Shown: one piece after another, positions 10,123 to 18,991 of the stretch
How positions within the stretch are numbered: position 1 is the first letter of the stretch
Layout of the letters: the number at the start of each line of letters is the position of its first letter
Source: Verrucomicrobiota bacterium
GTDB lineage: Bacteria > Verrucomicrobiota > Verrucomicrobiia > Limisphaerales > J093
DNA: 64,000 nucleotides
NCBI GenBank assembly: GCA_027493615.1
Contig: JAOSKK010000038.1
Location: 907,333 to 971,332, forward strand
Direction of reading: 5' to 3'
Translations under genes and position numbers: made by a program
The notes under the pieces: model-generated
Told to the model about the DNA's origin: nothing
What the model saw: the letters and a program-made list of their open reading frames with translations, nothing else
Databases searched by the model: none

Positions 10123-11491
10123 TCACCGTCGGCCGCCGCCGCGCATGCCGCCACCACCCGCCCGCATGCCGCCGGCGCTTCCACGGCTGACCGCGCCGCG
10201 GTTGCTCGACACGCGGGCGTTGCTGCCACTGTTGACGCCGCTGAAAGCCGTCGAGGCCTGCGGACTGGGGCGGTTCATCGCCGGTGCCTGTGCCGGGCGC
10301 GGGGCGCTGCTCGGCCGTGCGGCGGGCTGCTGTGCGGAAGTCGCCGGCCGGGAGACCCCGGACGAGGGCGTGGCGGGGCGTTGCCCGGGTTGCTGGGTGG
10401 GAACGGCCGGACGGTTCGCGCCTGGGCTGGGCATTTGCGAAGGTCGCGCGTCGGAAGCGCCCGACGCGGGGACGGCGACGGTCGTGCCATCGGCTGAGTT
10501 CCCCCGCCACTCCAACCGCGCGCCTCGCGGGTCTGGGTCGGAGCCGGTGCGCCCGAGCTGCGCAAGCGGTTTTGATCTGGCTGCCATTTCTGCTGGGTGG
10601 TCCGGGTGCTCGTGTTGGCGGCGCGGTTGCCTGCCTGGGCGTTGATCTGGTTGCCGCGATTGATGTTCACGTTGTCGATGTCGATATCCACGTCCCCGTG
10701 GTATCCACCCCCACCCACCCAGACCGCCCCGCCGCCGCCGACCCACACGGCCCCGCCGTGCCAGTCGCAGTTGTTGGCGATGATGGCGCCGACGGCCATG
10801 CCGACGCCGAAGGTGACCAGCGGGGCCAGCGGGTCGTAGACGTAGGCGGGGGGAGGGTAGTAGACAGTGGGCGGATACGTCGGTACGTAGACCACCTGCG
10901 GATTGGCGGGCTGCACCTGCACCACCTGGTTGGTCACTGTCACGACCTGGGTGACGTTGGTCTGGATCACCACCATGTTCGTCACGGTAACCACTTGCTG
11001 GGCGGTGGTCTGGAGCGTGCCCGCCGTGTGGGCCTTCGCCCGGAGCGACTGGATGGTGTCCATCAACTGCTTGGGTTGCTCGAGGAACGCGTTTCCCAGC
11101 TCGACCGTCCAGCTCAGGTTCGCATCCATTTGGGCGATCAACTCGGGGATCCTGGCCACGGCCTTCACATTCGCGTCCCAGGTTCGTTCATCGAGTTTGG
11201 CGAGGTTGTTGGTGTCCTTCACGAACCGCGCGGCCTGGACAATCTCGAGCGGGTAAACCGACGCGGGCAGGAGGATTGCGATGAGCGGATCGGGATGGAG
11301 CGCGATTGGCATGGCCAGCTTCTCGAGCTCGGCGGCGCTGCGTTGGGCCGGCGCCGAGGGGGCGGCGCGGGCACGGTGGGCGTGGCGGCCGGTGGCTCTT
11401 GCGCCGTCACGCAAGCTACAGCGGCGAACAGGCCGGCCGCCACCCCACGAAATGCGCGTAGGACGGGGTTGATCGAAATCATCGTGTTCAT
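10123..11491 (-). CDS. DUF3300 family protein; frame broken about twice
   Basis: The N-terminal signal peptide MNTMISINPVLRAFRGVAAGLFAAVA lies in frame 11219..11695. The core DUF3300 part lies in 10275..11414 (LEKLAMPIALHPDPLIAILLPASVYPLEIVQAARF). The Gly/Arg-rich tail lies in 10123..10746. It forms the usual DUF3300-DUF2950 pair with the adjacent gene. Confidence 0.8.
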
Positions 11492-12579
11492 GTCGAGGGG
11501 CGCGGAGCCAGCACCCCTGCGAGGTTCGTGGAGGTCAGATTCCGGGCGGAGGCCCATTCCTGGACAATGCGGTGGCCGACCGCGAGCAGCGTGGGGCCAA
11601 TGAAAACTCCGATGAAGCCGAAGGTGACGGCGCCGCCCAGCACCCCAAGGAAGATCAGCAGAAACGGCAGCTCGCTGCCCTGGCTGATGAGCCACGGGCG
11701 AACCACGTTATCGATCGTGCTCACACCCAACCCCCAGATCAGCAGGAACACGCCCCAACTGGTCGCGCCTTGATGAAACAGCCACAGCGCGGCCGGGAGC
11801 ATCACCAGAAACGGCCCGGCCGGAACGACCGAGAACAGGAACACCAGCAGGCCCAGCAGGCTCGGGCCCGGCACGCCCGCCAGGGCCAACCCGACCGCCG
11901 CCATCAGCGCCTGCGCCAACGCCGCGCCCAGCACGCCATACACCACCCCGCGCACCGTGCTGCCGGCCACGGTCAACAGGTACCGGCCGCGTTCCCCGGC
12001 GATGCGCTCGACCGCCGCCGACAGCCGCCCGGCCAGCGCCGGTCCGTTGCGAAGGAAGAAGAAGGTCATGACAACGCTCAGCGTGAGCTGGAAGAGTCCG
12101 CTGCCGACGATCAGGCTCATCTTGAGCAACCACGCCCCGATGCGATCCACCAGCCATTTCGCCTCGCCCACCCATCCGGCCCCTTGGGCCTGGAGTCGCG
12201 CCCAGCCGTCCACCAGTCGCTGACCGATCAAGGGCACCTTCGCGAGCCCTGCCGGGGGCGCGGGCAAGCCGTCGTCCAACCAGCGCTGGGTGGCGGTCGT
12301 CAGTTGCGTGATGTGATCCCCCAGCGTGACGCCCACGATGACCACCGGCAGCAGCATCACCCCGACCATCGCCAGCGCCAGCACGAGGGCGGTCAGCGTC
12401 CGCCGGCCCCCGAGGAACCGCAGCACCCGGCCGTACAGCGGCCAGAGGGAGAAGCTCAGGATGGTCGCCCACAGCAGCGCGGAGAGAAACGGGCGCAGCA
12501 CGAGGAGACACCCCCCCAGCAACAGGGCCAGGACCATCCAGCCCAACCCCTGTTCCAGCCTGTTGCGCTCCGGGTTCAT
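11488..12579 (-). CDS. AI-2E (PerM/YhhT) family transporter
   Basis: C-terminal 364 aa of ORF 11488..13080, from the ATG at 12579 (MNPERNRLEQGLGWMVLALLL). It is a multi-TM protein with the family-typical STIDNVVRPWLISQGSELPFLLIFLGVLGG. Confidence 0.9.
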   Translation of the reverse strand: MNPERNRLEQGLGWMVLALLLGGCLLVLRPFLSALLWATILSFSLWPLYGRVLRFLGGRRTLTALVLALAMVGVMLLPVVIVGVTLGDHITQLTTATQRWLDDGLPAPPAGLAKVPLIGQRLVDGWARLQAQGAGWVGEAKWLVDRIGAWLLKMSLIVGSGLFQLTLSVVMTFFFLRNGPALAGRLSAAVERIAGERGRYLLTVAGSTVRGVVYGVLGAALAQALMAAVGLALAGVPGPSLLGLLVFLFSVVPAGPFLVMLPAALWLFHQGATSWGVFLLIWGLGVSTIDNVVRPWLISQGSELPFLLIFLGVLGGAVTFGFIGVFIGPTLLAVGHRIVQEWASARNLTSTNLAGVLAPRPST

Positions 12580-12582
12580 GCC

Positions 12583-13044
12583 GGGGAAGCACCGCTCCTC
12601 AACGCCCCCGTGGCATGGGGCGGGGTCCCATCGGAATGGAAGGCATCGGCGTGGGCCGCGGCCCCGCCATGGGGGCGTGGCAATGGGATGGCTGGGGCGC
12701 ACGGGGGCGGATGGCGGAGTCACAATGACATCCGGGCTATCGTAGTAGTCGCCGCCGTAGAACCACGGATCGTAGAAGCCGGCGCCGTAGTAACCCGCCG
12801 CGCTCGAGCCGCCGTCCCCGGTGCTCTCGCAGCCGGTGAACAGGGGGGTCAGCAGCGCGAGCGCCGCCGCGGCCGTGAACGCACGCCACCAACGAAAAGC
12901 GCCGCTGGAAGACGGCGCACTCCACACGCACTGCGCCTGCTGAACGGCGGGCGAGGTCGCGGAACGTTTGGAGTGCGCGCGGTTGACCGCCGCTTTGCGT
13001 TGGGCGGCTGAACCAGAAGCGCCGCTGAGAACCCTCATGCTCAT
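12583..13044 (-). CDS. Putative small lipoprotein, currently in frame with the AI-2E gene (no stop between them)
   Basis: MSMRVLSG...ALALLTPLFTGCESTG carries a lipobox (LFTGC), followed by a Tyr/Gly/Asp-rich segment. There is no in-frame stop before 12579, so this is either a lost stop or indel, or a genuine N-terminal extension. Confidence 0.35.
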
Positions 13045-13957
13045 GGTTGCCTCCCTCCTTGCAGCAGGTCCTCGCTCCACTCAAGCAGGCCGATCGCGGC
13101 CCCCGTCGGGTCGGCCACGACCGCCACCCGCCCGTCGAGGTACTCGGATCGCGGTTCGAACAGGATCGTGCCGCCCAACTCGCGCGTCCGGACCACGGCG
13201 TCCGGGACCTTCGCCACCCGGACGAACGGCAGCCAGGTGGGTTGCACCTTCGCCCCCGCTTCGGGAAGGGACCGGATGGTCGCCCGAGCGTACCCTTTGC
13301 TGGTCAACACAAAGTCGTTGATCCGGTCGCCGCGGGTGTTCTCGACGATTTCATAGCCGGCCACGGCGCGATAGAACTCGGCCGCGTTCCGGGCGTCGTG
13401 GCTCAGCAACTGCATCCAGATCCAGTCGCCCGGCGAGGCGAGGAAATCCTCGGGATCCCCGAGCTGGACTTGATCAGGCCGAACAAGGCGCCCTCCGGGT
13501 CCCGACAAACGGCCTGCTCGCCACGCTTGGGGAACTTGGCGGGCGGGGACACGACCTTGCCGCCCGCCTGACCGACGGCGCGTTCGGCGCGGTCGATGTT
13601 GGCCACGGAGATGTAGCCGAACCAACGGGGCTTGGCTTCGGGACGGTCGGCGGGGCGCGGGCGCTGGAACATCCCGCAGAGGGGCCGTTCATCGTTGGCC
13701 GCGATGACGTACGGGCCGACCGCGTAGAACGTCCAGCCGAACAGCGCGCCGTAGAACTTGCTGGCCGCGGGGACGTCATCCGTGACCAGGTCGGCCCAGA
13801 CGAACTTGCCGGGCAGCCGGGGATTACCGGAGACGGTGGTCAGCGGGGGCAGCGGCGGTGGATTTCCGGCGAGGCCGGGAAACGCCGAGGCCCAGAGCAC
13901 CGCCGCAGTGAGCCAGAGGCCCGTCTGCCTGCGGAGGAATGTGGGGGGAGGTTTCAT
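13041..13957 (-). CDS. Two-domain VOC (glyoxalase/bleomycin-resistance fold) protein with signal peptide; one frame break near 13450
   Basis: ORF 13403..13957 carries FVWADLVTDDVPAASKFYGALFGWTF and RDPEGALFGLI. ORF 13041..13625 carries WIWMQLLSHDARNAAEFYRAVAGYEI and ADPTGAAIGLLEW. These form two tandem VOC modules. Confidence 0.8.
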
Positions 13958-14131
13958 GCGGAGGGGCGAGAAAGCTCAAAGTTCAAAGGTCAAAGCTCAA
14001 GGGAAGTTCCAGGATTCCAATGGGGACAATCCGGCCCGACCACGGCCCGCCTGCCAGGTGGGACGGGAGTCGGGGCGGGGGACGGGGAGCGCAGCATAGG
14101 GAGTGGGGTGTGGGAGGAACAACGCCTGGGG

Positions 14132-14686
14132 TCAGGGTGCGAGGCGCAAGTCCCGGAGGATCTTGTCGACGGCTTCCTGCACGGTGGTGGCCTGGGCGTC
14201 GGGGGGCAGGTTGCGGAGACGCGGGCCGGTCGCGTGACCGCGCTTGAGCAGCTTGTTGGTCTTCGTGTCAATGACGTCGATAACCAGGGTGCCCGCCTCG
14301 AAGTAATTCGGCGTCTTGGCTTGGGTGTAGGCCTGCTGGGCCTTCTCGCTCAGCGCTGCGGCATCGCGACCGTAGCCGAAGTAATCACTGACGGCGGCGG
14401 TCGAGGCGTTGTTCCCAACGATCATCAGGTAAGCCACGGTGACGTCGCCGCCGGCGGGCGTCCGGGTGACACCCCGGCTGGCGAGGTTGCGGGTGATGGC
14501 CTCCTGGACGAGTTGATGGACGTGTTCCCGGTTGTCGCCGAAGGCAGGCGCGGGACGGTTGCCGGGGTTGACGAAGCTGAAGGTCTTGGCCGCGATCGCG
14601 CCGTGGTCGACCTGGGTGGGGGTGGAGGAACAGCCGACGAAGACGAGGGCGACGGCGAGGGTGCAGAGGGAGAGATACGGTTTCAT
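14132..14686 (-). CDS. DUF4136-like lipoprotein
   Basis: Intact 184 aa with the lipobox LVFVGC. The architecture and the motif GTLVIDVIDTKTNKLLKRGHA resemble DUF4136. Confidence 0.75.
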   Translation of the reverse strand: MKPYLSLCTLAVALVFVGCSSTPTQVDHGAIAAKTFSFVNPGNRPAPAFGDNREHVHQLVQEAITRNLASRGVTRTPAGGDVTVAYLMIVGNNASTAAVSDYFGYGRDAAALSEKAQQAYTQAKTPNYFEAGTLVIDVIDTKTNKLLKRGHATGPRLRNLPPDAQATTVQEAVDKILRDLRLAP

Positions 14687-14720
14687 GGAGTGCGGGTGGA
14701 GGCTGTGCGGGAGCGATGCG

Positions 14721-14951
14721 TTACTCGGTGTACTTCTTGATGAGGCGCTTCTTGGTGTCTTCGTATTGCTTCTTGGTGATGATGCCTTTGTCGTAGCTCT
14801 CCTGGAGGTCCTGGAGCTCCCGACCCAGGGTGGTGTTGCTCGATGACTGGTAGGTGCCGCTGCCGCTGCTGCAACCGGACAGGAATGGCAGGGTGCCGAG
14901 GAGCGTGACAGCCACGGTGACGGCGCGGAGGGGATGGAGGATTCGATTCAT
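14721..14951 (-). CDS. Small lipoprotein with SHOCT-like C-terminal motif
   Basis: Likely ATG at 14951 (MNRILHPLRAVTVAVTLLGTLPFLSGC). The C-terminus LQDLQESYDKGIITKKQYEDTKKRLIKKY fits a SHOCT-type short domain. Confidence 0.65.
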   Translation of the reverse strand: MNRILHPLRAVTVAVTLLGTLPFLSGCSSGSGTYQSSSNTTLGRELQDLQESYDKGIITKKQYEDTKKRLIKKYTE

Positions 14952-15049
14952 GGATTGGATTTTCACGGATCGGAGGCTTGCGGATGACATGGTAGGTCGT
15001 TGGCGCAAAGGGTCGGGTCGTCTCCCGGAGGGTCGGTCGTGGGATGAAC

Positions 15050-15865
15050 TCAGTATTTCTCCGGCACGAAATGGCGGCCTTTGAGGGAGGCCTGGTCGTC
15101 GTAGGCGTGCTTCATCGAACGCGGGGGCAGTTTCACCTTCTCGCGCGGCAGCTTCTTGTATGGGATGAGCTTGAGAATGTGCCGGATGCAGTTCAGGCGG
15201 GCACGCTTCTTGTCATCGGAGCGGAGGATGTACCACGGCGCCCACTTGGTGTCGGTAGCCTTGAGCATCTGGTCGCGCGCCCGCGAATAGTCGAACCACT
15301 TGCTGCGCGAGGGCAGGTCCATCGGGCTGAGCTTCCACTGGCGGACGGGGTCGGTGATGCGCGCCTCGAAGCGACGCTTCTGCTCCTTGTCGCTCACCTC
15401 GAGCCAGAGTTTGATCAGGAGGAAGCCTCCCTCGACCAGGTACTTCTCAATCTCGGGACAACGTTCCAGGAAGGCCTGGTGCTGTTCCTTCGTGCAGAAA
15501 CCCATGACGTGCTCAACGCCCGCGCGGTTGTACCAACTGCGGTCGAAGATGACGACCTCGCCGGCGGCCGGGAAGTGTGCCATGTACCGCTGCATGTACA
15601 TCTGCGTCTTCTCGCGGTCGGAGGGTGCGGGCAGGGCCACCACACGGAAGACGCGCGGCGAAACGCGTTCTGTGAGTGCGCGGATGGTGCCCCCCTTGCC
15701 GGCGCCGTCGCGACCCTCGAACACGAGGATCACCCGCAGGCCCTTGTGTTTGATCCAGTCCTGGAGGGCGCAGAGCTCGGCCTGCAGCTTGCGCAGCTCT
15801 TTGGCGTAGATCTTGGTCTTCATCTTGTCGGGTTCGCCGCGGGTGGTCTTATCCTTCTTGTGCAT
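15050..15865 (-). CDS. ppk2: Polyphosphate kinase 2 (PPK2 family)
   Basis: Intact 271 aa with the Walker-A-like FEGRDGAGKGGTI, plus DRSWYNRAGVEHVMGF and WKLSPMD, which are hallmark PPK2 motifs. Confidence 0.95.
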   Translation of the reverse strand: MHKKDKTTRGEPDKMKTKIYAKELRKLQAELCALQDWIKHKGLRVILVFEGRDGAGKGGTIRALTERVSPRVFRVVALPAPSDREKTQMYMQRYMAHFPAAGEVVIFDRSWYNRAGVEHVMGFCTKEQHQAFLERCPEIEKYLVEGGFLLIKLWLEVSDKEQKRRFEARITDPVRQWKLSPMDLPSRSKWFDYSRARDQMLKATDTKWAPWYILRSDDKKRARLNCIRHILKLIPYKKLPREKVKLPPRSMKHAYDDQASLKGRHFVPEKY

Positions 15866-16637
15866 GGTTTATCAGGAGTTCACGGAGGCTCCCGGCTATC
15901 TGCTGCTGGAAACGGCGCCAGCCTCGCGTGCCGACCAGCGCCTGGTTGATCTCGAGTTCGACGCCCAGGTAGCGCGTCGCGGGATGGCGCCGTCGCAGCC
16001 AGGTGGTCAGACCGTCGGCGGCACCGCGGTAGGGATAGTTGTAGCGCAGGCGCAGCGCGGGGTTCCGTGAGTTCAAGAGGGCGGCCCAATGCCGGCAGAG
16101 CTCGGCCTCCCGTGGGCGGCGGCTGTCGTACAGGAAGGTGACGTCGGCATTACGCACCTCCCCATCAAGCTCGGGCGTGAAGCTATGCACCGCCACATGC
16201 ACCACGCGATGCCCTTGGGCGAGGGCCGCGGCTACGGCATCCTCGACCGCCTGCCGGTGGGGGCGCCACCAGCGCTCGAGGATGTGCTGGCGCTCGTCCC
16301 GGGGGAGGCTCCGGGTGAAGCGCGACCAGATGCGCGGGTTGGTGGGGGAGCGGTTGGCTTCGACGAAGAGGCGGCTCCAGGTCACTGCGAGCAGCGGCCG
16401 GTTGAGCCGGCGCGCGAGGGTGCGCGCGAGCGTCAAGGCTCCGGGGTCCCAGCCGCGATGCGTGGCCAACAGCTCGGAGGCGCCGCGGAACAGAGGCGCG
16501 TAGGGTGGCGGGATGCGGTTGCCGCCGTGTTCGCACGTCAGCAGCAGGAAACCGCGGGCCGGGGAAGCATCCTGTTCCTTTCGGACCTGCTCGGAGGCCG
16601 TGAATCCAAAAGCGCCGGTAAACCGGACGCACTCCAT
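15849..16637 (-). CDS. N-formylglutamate amidohydrolase family protein
   Basis: From the ATG at 16637 (MECVRF). LLLTCEHGGNRIP, VEANRSP and HVAVHSFTP fit the FGase family fold. It overlaps the ppk2 start by 17 nt. Confidence 0.75.
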   Translation of the reverse strand: MECVRFTGAFGFTASEQVRKEQDASPARGFLLLTCEHGGNRIPPPYAPLFRGASELLATHRGWDPGALTLARTLARRLNRPLLAVTWSRLFVEANRSPTNPRIWSRFTRSLPRDERQHILERWWRPHRQAVEDAVAAALAQGHRVVHVAVHSFTPELDGEVRNADVTFLYDSRRPREAELCRHWAALLNSRNPALRLRYNYPYRGAADGLTTWLRRRHPATRYLGVELEINQALVGTRGWRRFQQQIAGSLRELLINHAQEG

Positions 16638-16735
16638 ACGCTCCGCGCGGGACGCACGAACCCCGACCGGCGCGAAGTGTTTGGAGTGCGGGGGTTCACC
16701 CCCGCTTTTCGTGCTCGTTTGATGGCGAGTGAGCG

Positions 16736-17479
16736 TCATGCGCTGGCTACGCTGGAGGGTGGGTTCCAGCCCTTCGGGCGGATGAGCAGGAGGTTGCCGT
16801 CGTCGGAGCCGACGCCCAGGAAGATGGCTCCGAGCAGGCGGTACACGCTGGCACGATAGTACTTGGTGCCGTGAGCCGGGTTGTCCAGCAAGGGATCGGC
16901 GATCGCGACCGATTGATCGGTGGAGCGGTAGCCGCAGAGCACCACAAAATGCCCGAAGGCCTCGCCGCGCACGTCGTCGGGACCGGCGTCGGTTTCGCGG
17001 GCGCACTGGTAGAGGTACGTTCCGTTGGTGCCGGTCAACAGCGGGGTGCCCTGGGCGAGCCGGCGGCCAATGAGCTCGGGTGTCAGATCGCCCCACACGA
17101 ATTGGCCGCCGAGCTGGATGTACTGCTCGACGGCGCTCAGGGCGGGCCCGTAGCGCGGATCGTTGCCCTGGTTCTTCGCCTCCACCCGGGCCTTCAACTT
17201 GCCCAGAATGTCAGTCGGCTGCTGGAACCAGGTCGGGTCCATGTGGCGAACACTGCAGAGCCAGGTGTCCACCTGGTAGCCCCGCAACAAGGCATGCACG
17301 GCGAGATGCACGCCGAGCGTACCTCCGCCCGGCAGTTTCGGCGTCTCGCGGATCACCGTCTTGAGATCGATCGGATCGTCGTAGTAACGGTAGATGGCAT
17401 GCAACGCCGTCGGACCGCACGTCGTGTAGTCGGGCTGGCGCTCGATGCGGACGGGGAGATCGATATCGAGGGCACTCAT
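16736..17479 (-). CDS. Papain-fold (peptidase C39-like) cysteine peptidase family protein
   Basis: Intact 247 aa. It has the Q-x5-C-G motif (RQPDYTTCGPTALHAI) and a downstream GHFVVLCGY His motif, typical of C39-like domains. Confidence 0.6.
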   Translation of the reverse strand: MSALDIDLPVRIERQPDYTTCGPTALHAIYRYYDDPIDLKTVIRETPKLPGGGTLGVHLAVHALLRGYQVDTWLCSVRHMDPTWFQQPTDILGKLKARVEAKNQGNDPRYGPALSAVEQYIQLGGQFVWGDLTPELIGRRLAQGTPLLTGTNGTYLYQCARETDAGPDDVRGEAFGHFVVLCGYRSTDQSVAIADPLLDNPAHGTKYYRASVYRLLGAIFLGVGSDDGNLLLIRPKGWNPPSSVASA

Positions 17480-17497
17480 GACGGGTGATTCGACGAC

Positions 17498-18991
17498 TTA
17501 GCCTTCCTGGCCTGGGGTCGGTGGGTCATAGGCGTGGGTTGCCGTTGACGTGTCCGGAGCCGCCGAGGGACGTGTCTGCCAGCCACCGCCGAGGGCGCGG
17601 TAGAGGGTGACGACGCTCAAGAGCTCGTTCAGCCGGGCGCGGGCCAGGTTCAGCTCGGCGGTGAACAGCTCCTGCTCGTTGTAGAGGACCTCGAGATAGC
17701 TGGTGACGCCGCCTTGGTAGCGAACGTTCGCCAGTTCGGCAGCGTTGCGATTGGCCTGGGTACTTTCCTCCTGGCGCGCGCGGAATTCCCGGGTGCGCTG
17801 GTAGGCGATGAGGCTGTCGGAGACCTCGCGGAACGAGTTCTGCACGATCTTCCGGTACTGCGCCACGGCCTCGTCGAAGCGGGCCTGGGCCAGCTTCAGG
17901 TTGCCGCGCAAAGCACCCCCGGTGAACAGCGGCATGGAAACCGCCGGGCCGAACTGCCAGGTGCGAGACCCTCCGGTGAAGAGATCCGAGAGCGCCACGG
18001 ACTGGAATCCGTAGAAGCCCGTCAGGGTCACCTTCGGGAAGAACGCGGCTTTGGCCTGGCCAATGTCCGCGTTGGCGGCGACGAGTTGTTGCTCCGCCGT
18101 GCGAAGGTCCGGCCGGCGCTCGAGCAGATCGGACGGGAGGCCAGGCGGCACGGTGACATCGAGGTTCTGCTGCAGAAACGCCGCGCCGCGCTGGGGCGAG
18201 CCGGGATTGCGCCCGAGCAGAAGGTTCAGCTCGTTCTCCTGCTGCTCGATGCGACGGTGCGTGTCGGCGATGGACGCCTCGGCGGAGGCGACGAGGATCT
18301 GGGCCTGATGCACGTCCTGCATGGAGGCCACCCCGCCCTCCTGGCGGGCGGTCGTCAGGGCCAGCGAGTCGGTCCGGACGGCGTAGGTGCGCTGGGCGAT
18401 TTCCAGTTCGTGATCGAGTTCGAGCAGGAAGAGATAGGCGATGGCCACCTGGGCGACCAGGGTTTGTCGGACGGTCTGCTGGGCCGCCTCGGTGGCGAGC
18501 AATTGGGCGCGGGCGGCTTCGTTGGCGCGACGGATGCGGCCCCAGAGATCCACCTCGTACGCGGCCATCGTCCCGTAGACGCTGCCGTACTCCTTCTGGG
18601 GATCGATCCCCGGCGGGATGGTGGAAGGGCCGTTCTCGGAGGCCCGCGTGGTGGACCAGTCGGCCCCCGCACCGACGGTGGGGAAGAACTGGGAGCGGGT
18701 CACCCGGGCCGCCGCCTCGGCCTGGAGGACGCGGGCGGCGGCGATCTGGATGTCCCAACTGTTGGTGAGCGCTTCGGCGATGTAGGCCTGGAGCTGCGGA
18801 TCCGGCATCACCTGCCACCAGCCAAGGCTGGCCAGCGAGGTCGGGTCGGAGAAATCCCGCGTGTCCGAGGCAGCCGGGCGGAAGGCTGATGGCGTGGTGA
18901 GGGTTGGGCGCTGGTAATCCGGGCCGACGGTACAGCCGGCCAGCCCCGCGAGGAATGCCGCGACCCAATAAAGCCGCGCGGTGACTGCCAT
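17498..18991 (-). CDS. Efflux outer-membrane factor lipoprotein (NodT/OprM family)
   Basis: ATG at 18991 gives [29 protein letters not shown], which is the lipobox plus the canonical NodT start. Two TolC-like repeats follow, and the protein ends at the stop of track ORF 17498..23548. Confidence 0.9.
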   Translation of the reverse strand: MAVTARLYWVAAFLAGLAGCTVGPDYQRPTLTTPSAFRPAASDTRDFSDPTSLASLGWWQVMPDPQLQAYIAEALTNSWDIQIAAARVLQAEAAARVTRSQFFPTVGAGADWSTTRASENGPSTIPPGIDPQKEYGSVYGTMAAYEVDLWGRIRRANEAARAQLLATEAAQQTVRQTLVAQVAIAYLFLLELDHELEIAQRTYAVRTDSLALTTARQEGGVASMQDVHQAQILVASAEASIADTHRRIEQQENELNLLLGRNPGSPQRGAAFLQQNLDVTVPPGLPSDLLERRPDLRTAEQQLVAANADIGQAKAAFFPKVTLTGFYGFQSVALSDLFTGGSRTWQFGPAVSMPLFTGGALRGNLKLAQARFDEAVAQYRKIVQNSFREVSDSLIAYQRTREFRARQEESTQANRNAAELANVRYQGGVTSYLEVLYNEQELFTAELNLARARLNELLSVVTLYRALGGGWQTRPSAAPDTSTATHAYDPPTPGQEG

